Of a DNA stretch of 64,000 nucleotides, positions 27,467 through 37,357 are shown piece by piece. The notes beneath the pieces were generated by a model. The model worked only from the letters and a program-made list of their open reading frames with translations. It was not told the origin of the DNA and did no database searches. The position numbers and the translations under genes were made by a program. Position 1 is the stretch's first letter. The number at the start of each line of letters is the position of its first letter. The DNA is from Promethearchaeota archaeon (GTDB lineage Archaea > Asgardarchaeota > Lokiarchaeia > Sigyniarchaeales > SOKP01), in NCBI GenBank assembly GCA_048940445.1, contig JBHLON010000014.1, positions 14,536 through 78,535 of the forward strand, in the 5' to 3' direction.

Positions 27467-28801
27467 ATGCGTGATTCTAACTTAATGATAGATAAGATTC
27501 GAGGAGAACATAAAAAAGGATTGCCGTCCAAAAGAAAAATCTTATCCTATTTACTCGATTTACTTAATAAAGATAAATATCCATCGCTCTCTGATATTGA
27601 ATATTACAATATTGTTGGAGAGACTTACAAATTAAATCTCGATTACAAATTAAATCTTCAAATGTTATTTTATCCAGTGTATCATGCTTTGAAGAAGAAA
27701 ATAAAGAAACTATATGGCAATGAAAAAAGCCTAGAAATGGAAAAATATCTTATTAAAAACTTTGGCTTGTTTGGGGCAAAGGATGTCCTTCTTCCTCTTA
27801 AGAAGAAAATTTTTAATCCAAGAACACCTATTTATGAAATTTTAAGATCTTTATATGATTTACGGACTGAGGAAGAATTTCTGCAACTCGCTGATGTAGA
27901 ATTTTTTGATATTATTGGAGAAACTTTTAAAACAAATTCTGATCTTTTTATGAACGAGCTTTATCAACCTTTCAGGAAAAGAATGAAAGAAATTATTGGT
28001 GCTGAAAAATTAAAGGAAATGGAAAGATACATTATTGAAAAATTTTGTTTATATGAGCAAGAACAAATCATTTATGAATGCACAGGAGATATTAAACAAA
28101 TGCAAGTATTAGTACAGAAACCATCGGGTAAGTACAAAATGGATTCTTTCCCACTTCGTATCTCATTAAAAAAAGGAGTCATTTTTTTTACGAATTATAG
28201 AATAATTGCTCAAGGTAAGCTTAATGTACGTGGTGGTCAAAGTACGACTTTATGGTTATGGGCTCCATCGCTGAGTGTTTTTTCAGGGGGATCTACCCGA
28301 GCTGAAAGCAAACAAGCACTTATTAATAGTTCGATAGATCAACAATTACCTTGCTATGGATATCAATTTCCAATTAAAAACCATACTGGATTAAGTAAGA
28401 GTAGTAGAAGAATAGCCTATGTTGTCACGATTGAGAATCATAAATCTATAATTTCTATAACGCCTTATCCTTTTAATGGAGAAGAAATCTTACATATTTT
28501 TGATATTTTACGTAAAGATGTAACGGAAATTTTAACTCTTATTAACGAAGTATATGAAATTGAAGTATTAGAAAAAAATAAGTTAAGAAGCATATTATCT
28601 GTTTTAAAAGCATTACGCATAAATGAAGAATATCAACATCTATCTGATTCAGATTATTTAGATATTGTAAAAGAGACTTATAAATTAGAACCCGATTTTT
28701 TTATGACTTTAATTTACCCAAAAATGATGTCTTGGGAATTTCCCTCGTTCTTAAGTGTGAGAGAGCACATAAGTTCACTAATTGAAAATTTAAGAACGTG
28801 A
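27467..28801 (+). CDS. Hypothetical protein with three helical repeats and a GRAM/PH-like core
   Basis: Repeats LSDIEYYNIVGETYK / LADVEFFDIIGETFK / LSDSDYLDIVKETYK; GVIFFTNYRII. Confidence 0.55.
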   Translation: MRDSNLMIDKIRGEHKKGLPSKRKILSYLLDLLNKDKYPSLSDIEYYNIVGETYKLNLDYKLNLQMLFYPVYHALKKKIKKLYGNEKSLEMEKYLIKNFGLFGAKDVLLPLKKKIFNPRTPIYEILRSLYDLRTEEEFLQLADVEFFDIIGETFKTNSDLFMNELYQPFRKRMKEIIGAEKLKEMERYIIEKFCLYEQEQIIYECTGDIKQMQVLVQKPSGKYKMDSFPLRISLKKGVIFFTNYRIIAQGKLNVRGGQSTTLWLWAPSLSVFSGGSTRAESKQALINSSIDQQLPCYGYQFPIKNHTGLSKSSRRIAYVVTIENHKSIISITPYPFNGEEILHIFDILRKDVTEILTLINEVYEIEVLEKNKLRSILSVLKALRINEEYQHLSDSDYLDIVKETYKLEPDFFMTLIYPKMMSWEFPSFLSVREHISSLIENLRT

Positions 28802-28941
28802 GCTCCTGTAGAAATTAGTAATAATAAGTAAACTAGTTCCTTTCTTTTATGCTATATATTCTTCATTTTCCCGTGTGGATTTTAGGAATAACACATTTTA
28901 AAAAAAAAGGTGAAAGAGTATATTTTATTAACTATTTTGAA

Positions 28942-29787
28942 TTAATCTCTAGCTTTTTCTTTTTTAGGAAACCATGGTATAAATGAACTAGTTCTTTTTT
29001 TGTATTCTACATACTCTTCATTTCCAGCGAATCTCTTATTTAGTAATCTCACCCCAGAAACTTTTATTATTTGAAAAGTAATGTATAAGGGACCTATAAA
29101 TGTAATAAATCCAAATGGAACAGCTAATGCGATTACAAAAAAACTCCACCATTGAGTGACTTCTCCAAAATAATTTGGGTGCTGCGAATACTTCCATACA
29201 CTTTTAGTCATAATCTTACCCTTATTAGTTGGATTTTGAAGAAATTTATAAAGAGAATAATCCGCTATAGTTTCAAACAGAAAACCAATTAACCATATTA
29301 CAGATCCCAACCATAAAGTTATACCTCCAAAATCTATTAAACTAACAACACAAGGATTCTCACTTATATTTACAAACCAAACCGGAAAACAGACAAGAAA
29401 TACAATAATGCCTTGAAATAAATAAATTTTAAAAAAACTCTTTAATGCAATATTTTTTTTCCAACGTTCTCGCATCGCCTTATATCGATAATCTTCTGGT
29501 TTTCCCCTATTTCTTATAAACACGTAAGTTGCTAATCTAACTGCCCAAATCAATACTAAAAGTGAGATTATAACTTGACGAATGCAATAAGTTGAGGTAA
29601 ATACTAAATTTAGTATAAAACTTGTCATTGCTACTACAAAATACGTTGGACCATAAAATATGTCCATTATAGCATTATTTTTTTTAATTGTTCCAACAAT
29701 AAAAGCAATGAAGATATAAATAAAGAGTGTTAAAGCCGAATAACCAATTATTGTTAACATTATTTCAATGGTGGACATGGGAAACAC
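28942..29787 (-). CDS. DUF1295 family (steroid 5-alpha-reductase/ICMT-like) membrane protein
   Basis: W..RL..Y...R..G..ED.RY..MR, E..AD, W.YS.HPNYFGE...W. Confidence 0.88.
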   Translation of the reverse strand: MFPMSTIEIMLTIIGYSALTLFIYIFIAFIVGTIKKNNAIMDIFYGPTYFVVAMTSFILNLVFTSTYCIRQVIISLLVLIWAVRLATYVFIRNRGKPEDYRYKAMRERWKKNIALKSFFKIYLFQGIIVFLVCFPVWFVNISENPCVVSLIDFGGITLWLGSVIWLIGFLFETIADYSLYKFLQNPTNKGKIMTKSVWKYSQHPNYFGEVTQWWSFFVIALAVPFGFITFIGPLYITFQIIKVSGVRLLNKRFAGNEEYVEYKKRTSSFIPWFPKKEKARD

Positions 29788-29884
29788 AATTAGATTCTAA
29801 AATATTGAAAGATGATTACTTGGAAAATACTAAATTATTTATACTTTATATCTATTAAATAAAGATTTTAATAAGTTTCGAAGA

Positions 29885-31702
29885 TTAGAGCTTCTCTTTT
29901 TTATCTTCTTCAATATTTACCTCATGTTCAACATGAAACTTTACTTCTTTATCCACATCTCTCTTGACAATGATATCACGCCTAGATTCAGCATATTTAT
30001 TTGGCTTTAGCTTAATTACTGGTATTCCTATATAAATATATCCTGGTTCTAAAACCTGGTTAAATGTTGTAATAGATACGGCAGCAACAACCGTATCTTT
30101 TCCAACGATTGTACCAGGAGCAATAGTTGTATGACCTCCTACTAAAGCATAATCATCAAGAATTATCCTAGAAATTATCAAATATTTTCCAACAACCATA
30201 GAACTCATCAGATTTGCACCTTGACCTATCATTACTTTCCTCCCAAAATAAATAAATTCGCCATCACACCATGCATCATACAAGTAACTTGAATAATCCA
30301 TTTTCACTCCAAACCACTTAAAAGCCAAAACATCAGTCCATGGTATTGGGCAATTTCGCATTAACCATAACACAATCTTCTTCAGTTCTGTACGTAATAA
30401 CCAAAATTCGTAATCTGTATCTCCTATTTGAGCCAAAAAGATTCCTTCTTTAGGGCGATGGATTAGATTTACGAGTGTAAGAAACAATTTGCTATATAAA
30501 AAACACCCTAAAATGAAAATAAAATAGAGTATAAAAAACAGAGCAGGCAAAAAAAATACAAAGAGAATCAAATTAGTTACAAATGCAGTATACGTATAAA
30601 AAAGAATCGCAACTTGTAATCCGCTGATCCAGAAGATAGGTAGATATACTGCCAAAAATTTGATATTAATTCTGCTAATTGCGGAACTCGTAGTAAAATC
30701 TATCGTTAAATCTATCTCTTCTTTTAGAGAATTATCTATCTTTTCTTTTTTCAATAAACTATTAGAGTTAATGTCAGTTTTAGTAGATTTTTTATCCTTC
30801 TTTTTCTTTTTGGGTTCTTTAGCTACCAAATCTTCTATAGGAATCTTATTCTTTTCCAATTCTTCTGGTGTTAGATCTAGATATCGCATAACCTTTTTAT
30901 CAAATATGCGTCTTAGAGGAATTCCGAAGTAATAATTACGGTTTCCTTTTAGAACACTGTGTTTAGTTGCTGAGGCTAGAGGTAATAGATAGGAATTATC
31001 TTTTATTTCCGTTCCAGGACCAATTTGATTGATTCCTGCTGAGGTAACGTTGTTACCGACTTCAATTTGAAAGTAAGCGATGTTTCCAAAAATGCCCTCC
31101 ACTAAATGGGTTGCTAATGTTGAACCAACAGCAAAGTAGCAATTTTCTCCTACAGTTGCGAACTTATCATTTCCAACAGATTCTTCAAGTGTGCTTCCCT
31201 TACCGATAACCATTGAACCTACAAAATTGAATAACCAATTAGAAAGCCAAGGGACTAATCCCTTAACAAATAAATTTTTAGGGTATTTTATGAGAAAAGA
31301 TCGAAGATGATAGTATTTTTCTGTTTTACTTTTAATATTACGTGGAATAATACCACTTTTGGTAGGTGACTTTTTTTCAGTATACCTCCATAATGAACGT
31401 GTGATTATTGCAACAAAAAGTAGTCTGATAAGATAGCAAATGATTAATACTATTGGCATTGAAAGGAAGGCGATTAATGGTTTCATTTCTGTAAAAAGAC
31501 TAATAAAATTCGAAGTCTCTAAAAAGTTTGGTAGAAAATATAGAAAAACATAAAGCATAAAAAGAGAAATAGGGACTAGAAATGACACTAAATATATTGT
31601 TAGCAAAATAATAATTGAAGATAAATATTGAACACTAAGTTCTTCCCTCTGTACAGGTGGTTTTAAAAGTTTAGATACTTTTAATTCTGGTTTCGATTCC
31701 AT
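29885..31702 (-). CDS. Membrane-bound tandem LbH protein, fused type-A and type-B units
   Basis: ATHLVEGIFGNI, DFTTSSAISRI, MSSMVVGKYLII; Lys-rich linker. Confidence 0.8.
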   Translation of the reverse strand: MESKPELKVSKLLKPPVQREELSVQYLSSIIILLTIYLVSFLVPISLFMLYVFLYFLPNFLETSNFISLFTEMKPLIAFLSMPIVLIICYLIRLLFVAIITRSLWRYTEKKSPTKSGIIPRNIKSKTEKYYHLRSFLIKYPKNLFVKGLVPWLSNWLFNFVGSMVIGKGSTLEESVGNDKFATVGENCYFAVGSTLATHLVEGIFGNIAYFQIEVGNNVTSAGINQIGPGTEIKDNSYLLPLASATKHSVLKGNRNYYFGIPLRRIFDKKVMRYLDLTPEELEKNKIPIEDLVAKEPKKKKKDKKSTKTDINSNSLLKKEKIDNSLKEEIDLTIDFTTSSAISRINIKFLAVYLPIFWISGLQVAILFYTYTAFVTNLILFVFFLPALFFILYFIFILGCFLYSKLFLTLVNLIHRPKEGIFLAQIGDTDYEFWLLRTELKKIVLWLMRNCPIPWTDVLAFKWFGVKMDYSSYLYDAWCDGEFIYFGRKVMIGQGANLMSSMVVGKYLIISRIILDDYALVGGHTTIAPGTIVGKDTVVAAVSITTFNQVLEPGYIYIGIPVIKLKPNKYAESRRDIIVKRDVDKEVKFHVEHEVNIEEDKKEKL

Positions 31703-32141
31703 TTACAAATAAATCCATTTTTGATTATACTTTTAGTAAGAAAGGAAGTAATTAGTACTTTTACAAAATAAAATTATATTTTAAAAAATCTTAAACCAGT
31801 TATAAATCAAAAATCTCTTTTACAATTTCTCTTTATATTACATGCAATTATAAAATAGATAATTATGCTCGAGATACACCGACAAAAAAATTAGAAGAGT
31901 TTGTTTAGCATAATAGTGAAAAATGAAAGAGAAAAGCATCGTCTACATCATGATTAATTGCAGCATCAAATTTTTAAAAATAAAGAAATTTAATCAATCT
32001 CTTAATAAAAACTATACAATAATTTTAAATTATTATAAATCATTAAGTTCTAGTTAGGTTAAGGCAAATAAAATTATAAAATTCTAATAAAAGCCGATAA
32101 AATTCAAATTATGATTGTAATTGGGTATATGGAGGAACATA

Positions 32142-34382
32142 ATGTCAGATAATTCTTTTTCGTTAATGGATTTACTTCCGAAGTTTGTGATTAATTCCAA
32201 AGGTGAAAAGAAAAAATTTGAAGAAGAAAATATCGCTAAAATCCTAAATAAGGAAACTGGTCTAGATATGCACATAGCTGAGAAAGTAGCTGAAGATGTG
32301 ATACGAAAAATCATTGGACTTGGAATTGATGAGATTCGAACTAATTATATTCGAGAATTAGTTTGCGTAGAACTCACTCAGCGTGGATTGAATAAGTATA
32401 GAAATCTATTTGCTCGAGCAATTAATTTAGAAAATATATCCTTTAAACTTGATGATAAATTTATAAAAAAATTTAGAGGAAAACAGCCAAATTGGGGTCC
32501 ATTGGGATACATTACGTATAAAAGAACTTATGCTCGAATTATTGAAGATAAAAATCGAAAAGAAGAATTTTGGGAAACAATTCGAAGAGTTGTTGAAGGG
32601 TGCTACTCTATACAGAAGGAACATTGCATGAAACTGAGTTTGCCATGGAGTGATGAAAAAGCTCAAAGATCAGCTAAGAGAATGTTTGAAAAGATTTGGA
32701 ATTTCAAGTTCTTACCACCAGGTAGAGGACTTTGGATGATGGGAACTGAATTTGTACAAAAAAATGGTTCTATGTCTTTAAATAATTGTGGGTTTGCTTC
32801 AACAGAAGATATTAATCGAAAGTATTCCAAGGCGTTTGAATTTGTTATGGACGCTTTGATGCTAGGAGTTGGAGTTGGATTCGATACGAAAGGAGCAGGA
32901 AAAATCATAATCAAAAAACCCCAAGAAAATAATTTTGATTTCCAAATATCAGATAGTAGGGAAGGATGGGTTGAAAGTTTAAAATTAACTTTAGAGGCGT
33001 ACTTCTTAGGAAAAGAAATCCCAAATTATGATTTTTCACTTATTCGTCCTGCAGGAGAACCAATTCGCGGATTTGGAGGGATAGCATCCGGTCCCGCGCC
33101 TTTAAAAGAAATGCTAGAGGATATTAGAAGGGTTTTAGACAAAAGAATTGGAAAACCTATTTCATCAGTAGATATTGTCGACATAATGAATTATATAGGG
33201 AAATGTGTTGTTGCTGGGAATGTAAGACGTAGTGCGGAAATTGCATTAGGTGATCCTACTGATTTAGAATTTGTTACCTGCAAACAAGATGAAAAGGCAC
33301 TATATTCTCATAGATGGGCTAGTAATAATAGTGTTTTTGCTGTAAAAGGAATGGATTATGCTTTTATTGCAGATCAAATAGCTGTAAATGGCGAACCTGG
33401 AGTTTTTTGGTTGGAAAATGCTAAGAATTATTCGAGAATGTCTGATGCTCCTGATTTTAAAGATAAACAAGCCGCAGGAGTGAATCCTTGTGGAGAACAG
33501 ACTCTAGAGTCATTCGAACTTTGTTGTTTAGTTGAAACCTTTCCATCTAATCATGAAATTTATGAAGAATTCCAAGAAACATTGAAATATGCTTATCTTT
33601 ATGGAAAATCTGTTACATTAGTAAACACGCACTGGCCTGAAACGAATGCTGTGATGCTTAAAAATAGAAGGATGGGAATCTCTCAAACGGGAATAATTGA
33701 AGCTTTTGTAAAACATGGAAGAAGAAAAATGATTGAATGGTCTGATCGTGCTTATAAATATTTACGAGAATTAGATGATGAATATTCAAATTGGCTTTGC
33801 ATTCCAAAAAGCCTTAAAATTAGTACTATTAAGCCTAGTGGTACCGTTAGTTTATTGCCTGGAGTCACACCTGGTATTCATTACCCCCACTCTGAATATT
33901 ATATCCGCCGAATCCGTTTGTCTAAAAATTCGGATTTAATAGAACAAATTCGCAATGCTGGATATCATATTGAAGATGATCTATATTCTCCAAATACAGT
34001 TGTCGCGGAATTCCCAATCAAAGAGAAATATTTTGATAGATCAAAGAAAGAAGTTACTTTATGGGAGCAAGTGGCAAATGCAATAGATTATCAATCTAAA
34101 TGGTCAGACAATCAAGTTTCTATTACTGTTACTTTTCATCCAGAAGAAAAAGAAGAAATAAAACGAGTTTTAGAGTTTTGTGAAGATAAATTGAAAAGCG
34201 TAAGTTTTTTACCACTTGAAGAACATGGCTATAAACAAGCTCCTTATGAGGAAATTACTAAACAGCAATATGAAGAAAGGATTTCCAAAACTAGCCCCTT
34301 AAATCTTAATGATACAAGAGATAGAGCTATTGGTGAAAAATTTTGTGATTCTGAGACATGTGAAGTAAGATTTGATTTCTAA
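32142..34382 (+). CDS. nrdJ: Class II (B12-dependent) ribonucleoside-triphosphate reductase with N-terminal ATP-cone
   Basis: PPGRGLW, LNNC, GNVRRSA, NPCGEQ, TIKPSGTVS, C-terminal CDSETC. ATG 32142 follows GGAGG. Confidence 0.93.
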   Translation: MSDNSFSLMDLLPKFVINSKGEKKKFEEENIAKILNKETGLDMHIAEKVAEDVIRKIIGLGIDEIRTNYIRELVCVELTQRGLNKYRNLFARAINLENISFKLDDKFIKKFRGKQPNWGPLGYITYKRTYARIIEDKNRKEEFWETIRRVVEGCYSIQKEHCMKLSLPWSDEKAQRSAKRMFEKIWNFKFLPPGRGLWMMGTEFVQKNGSMSLNNCGFASTEDINRKYSKAFEFVMDALMLGVGVGFDTKGAGKIIIKKPQENNFDFQISDSREGWVESLKLTLEAYFLGKEIPNYDFSLIRPAGEPIRGFGGIASGPAPLKEMLEDIRRVLDKRIGKPISSVDIVDIMNYIGKCVVAGNVRRSAEIALGDPTDLEFVTCKQDEKALYSHRWASNNSVFAVKGMDYAFIADQIAVNGEPGVFWLENAKNYSRMSDAPDFKDKQAAGVNPCGEQTLESFELCCLVETFPSNHEIYEEFQETLKYAYLYGKSVTLVNTHWPETNAVMLKNRRMGISQTGIIEAFVKHGRRKMIEWSDRAYKYLRELDDEYSNWLCIPKSLKISTIKPSGTVSLLPGVTPGIHYPHSEYYIRRIRLSKNSDLIEQIRNAGYHIEDDLYSPNTVVAEFPIKEKYFDRSKKEVTLWEQVANAIDYQSKWSDNQVSITVTFHPEEKEEIKRVLEFCEDKLKSVSFLPLEEHGYKQAPYEEITKQQYEERISKTSPLNLNDTRDRAIGEKFCDSETCEVRFDF

Positions 34383-34573
34383 CTTAATTCTAAAAACCTT
34401 TTCTATTGTTTAGAGTAAATTTAAAAGAAAAGAAAGGAAAATTGATTACTTTTGAGTTTTATTTGGTAATAGTGATTCTGAAAACAAGGAAATGATAATA
34501 GATATAAAGAAAATCATTGTAGGAATAAAAAGAAATTAAAAAAAAGGAATTTTTAGATTATATAATTTAAATA

Positions 34574-36598
34574 TTATAGCTTACTTTTTCGTCCCTTCTT
34601 ACGCATATTTAGTATTAAACCTAAAGCCAATATAGTTCCACCTATTATTGATGAGATAGTAATAATAATGATATATATTGGAATTCCATTAGGTCCGTCT
34701 GTAGCTGTTTTATCTATTACATCCGGATCTATAGCAAAATAAGCCTCGAAGTAATTATTTTCATATCCAAAAGCTGAAATAGTTATATTTAATAAAATTG
34801 GATTTTCGGTAGGAGAAACAGTTATGGGCTCTACTGATATAAGGTATGAACCACCTCCAAGGTTTAAAGTACCACTACTAACATCAATTCCATCCCACCA
34901 GATATGAATAGTTGCAAAATTAATCCCATCACCAGTCTCATTAGAAATGAAGAAAATAAATTTGAATTCATCGATTGAATAAAAATGATATAAAATATCC
35001 AAATATAGATGTTTAATAATTTCTTTTACAACAGTCCTTTCTTCAGTTCCAATACCATTAGCAATATCTTTTGAATAAAATCTTATAATGACATTTCCGT
35101 TGTTTTTTAGATCCCAAGCTAATTGATCAATCATCCCAGTTATTTCGGTATAATAGTAATCTCCTTCAATCCAAGATATCTGTGGTACCAGAATTGTATA
35201 ATTATCGTTACTTTCATCAATAGTATACCATAACAAATCAAGCAAATAATGGTGTTGAATAGTAAGATTAAACTCGGGAGCGGTTTCTTTTAATGTTTGA
35301 TTAATATTTGGTGAACTTATTGTAATTAAAGGCTCTGGACGAGTTGTTTCTGAATATTTTAATAGCACAAATGCATCAGATATTCCATTATAATAGTCTG
35401 TGTAACCTGAAATGTAGATATCATAAAGAGAATTTATTGCAATACCAAAAGCTTCAGTAATCATTGAACCTGACGATCCCCATGTTTGATTGAAGATATG
35501 AGAGCCATGTTCATCAAATTTTAAAAAACAGATAGATTCACCAATATAATCATAGCAATAACCAGTTAGATATATATTATTAAAAGGATCACTGATTAAA
35601 TCTTTACAATTACCACTTGGATAATCTGTTAAAGTATTGTTCCAAATTTGAAAACCTAGATTGTTATATTTAGTTAAAAAGATTTTACGAGACCCACCAC
35701 CAAAACTATCGGTATAACCTCCAATATATATATTATCTTCATTATCAGTTGTAACTGATTCAGCACCGTCTATATCGACTCCTCCCCACGTTCTATTCCA
35801 TAGTTCATTGCCTAAATTATCATATTTAATTAAAACAGCGTCACTCGACCCAGCACCAAAACTAGTTGTATATCCAGCAAGATAAATGTTATTTTGTGAA
35901 TCTACAGCAATGTCAACTCCATATCTTCCTTCATCGGCAGCTCCACCCCATATTCGTTCCCATAATTTTGTGCCTGCATTATTATATTTTATTAATACAA
36001 ATTCATTCGGATAATCTCCTGCATATCCCGCTAAATAGATATTATCATCAGAATCAATTATAATACTTCGTCCTTGTGCTCTATTCAATCCGCTCCAAGT
36101 TCTGTTCCAATAATTTATACCAGAACTATCGTATTTAAGCAGGATGATCTTTTCTTGAGCAAGCAAATAACCATCAATTGTTCCAACAATATATATATAA
36201 TTATTAGAATCTATGGCTACATCAAATCCACCATCATCATTGACGGTACCCCATGTTACATTCCATTGTTGGACTCCTAAACTATTTGATTTAATAATCA
36301 AACCATCATTCCGACCATATGGTCCGTTCATTGTGTAGCCTGTTTGATAAATATTTCCAAATGAATCAACAGCTAATCCTTTTCCACCTTTTGTATTTCC
36401 ACCATCCCATAATCTATACCAATTTAATTGATACTGATTAGTGTTAGATGTAGATAACGGAAGTCTTTTAGTATCTTCTAATTTTTTGATATATTGTGTT
36501 TGGGAAAATAGATAATTAGTATTACTGATAATTGAACTAGTAATTATAATTCCACAAATTATTAAAATTTCTATGAAATTATTGTTTCTTATTTTCAT
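34574..36598 (-). CDS. SBBP-like beta-propeller surface protein with C-terminal TM anchor
   Basis: About 7 repeats of IAVDS.NNIY.AGYT...LIKY...G...WNRTWGG; signal peptide; TM plus basic tail. Confidence 0.85.
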   Translation of the reverse strand: MKIRNNNFIEILIICGIIITSSIISNTNYLFSQTQYIKKLEDTKRLPLSTSNTNQYQLNWYRLWDGGNTKGGKGLAVDSFGNIYQTGYTMNGPYGRNDGLIIKSNSLGVQQWNVTWGTVNDDGGFDVAIDSNNYIYIVGTIDGYLLAQEKIILLKYDSSGINYWNRTWSGLNRAQGRSIIIDSDDNIYLAGYAGDYPNEFVLIKYNNAGTKLWERIWGGAADEGRYGVDIAVDSQNNIYLAGYTTSFGAGSSDAVLIKYDNLGNELWNRTWGGVDIDGAESVTTDNEDNIYIGGYTDSFGGGSRKIFLTKYNNLGFQIWNNTLTDYPSGNCKDLISDPFNNIYLTGYCYDYIGESICFLKFDEHGSHIFNQTWGSSGSMITEAFGIAINSLYDIYISGYTDYYNGISDAFVLLKYSETTRPEPLITISSPNINQTLKETAPEFNLTIQHHYLLDLLWYTIDESNDNYTILVPQISWIEGDYYYTEITGMIDQLAWDLKNNGNVIIRFYSKDIANGIGTEERTVVKEIIKHLYLDILYHFYSIDEFKFIFFISNETGDGINFATIHIWWDGIDVSSGTLNLGGGSYLISVEPITVSPTENPILLNITISAFGYENNYFEAYFAIDPDVIDKTATDGPNGIPIYIIIITISSIIGGTILALGLILNMRKKGRKSKL

Positions 36599-36738
36599 TA
36601 AAATCTCGCCTTAAAAGTTAAATGATCATAATAACAATTGATAGTCTCATATTTAATATTTATTTTAAAAAGTATAAAAAAAATAAATTAGGCTATTTAC
36701 TCAGAATTCATTGAATGATAATTAAAAATATTAATTAA

Positions 36739-37185
36739 TTAAATGTACCTGGGTTTATCTTTAGTGTCATTATAATAAGATTCAACTCCTATTTCTTTCA
36801 TTCTATTATTCATTTTTAGCCATCTTCGTTTAAGGTGTGGATCAAAATTAGTTTTTTCGCAAGGAAATTCATCGCATTGAAAACAAAAATCAACTTTTTT
36901 TTCCTTAGAACAATCTTTAACGTGGCAATCGGGGTAAATACATGTTCCTTTTCTACAGCCATTACAATTTTCTTTCGAAAAATAGGAGAGTAATTCTTTA
37001 AATGAAGGATAATGCTTAAAGATCGGTTGAAAAGAAGAAAATCGTTCAGCATAAACATCAAAAGAGCCAAGTAAATTCAGAAGATTTATGCTACTTTTGC
37101 GTATTTCTCCATTAGAATTAGCATAGCACTTGTAGCAATTAAGCCCACACGGAGCAAGTTTTTCTAAAATTTCTTCATATTTCAT
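36739..37185 (-). CDS. DUF3795-family Cys-rich protein
   Basis: APCGLNC..C, CNGCR, C.VK.C, FC.QC.EFPC. Confidence 0.85.
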   Translation of the reverse strand: MKYEEILEKLAPCGLNCYKCYANSNGEIRKSSINLLNLLGSFDVYAERFSSFQPIFKHYPSFKELLSYFSKENCNGCRKGTCIYPDCHVKDCSKEKKVDFCFQCDEFPCEKTNFDPHLKRRWLKMNNRMKEIGVESYYNDTKDKPRYI

Positions 37186-37357
37186 AATTTATTCTTTAAT
37201 TCAATTTTTTAATTATCAATATTTAATTAATGATTAAATAAAATTATTAATTCGAAAAAACTTCTTCAGATTAATAAGTAAAAATTAAAAACTATCCTAA
37301 AAATGTAATTTTTATCAATTAAGAATTATGTAAAAATTTTAAATTGAGTGATTTTTA

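Noticed and set aside
16593-31702. Annotating the LbH genes as DapH/DapD lysine-biosynthesis acyltransferases
   Set aside because: Each unit has TM helices and falls into one of three co-occurring types, unlike soluble homotrimeric DapH/DapD; no dap genes are nearby
31703-32141. Cobalamin riboswitch or ncRNA upstream of the B12-dependent RNR
   Set aside because: Very AT-rich, with no B12-box or GC-rich stems visible
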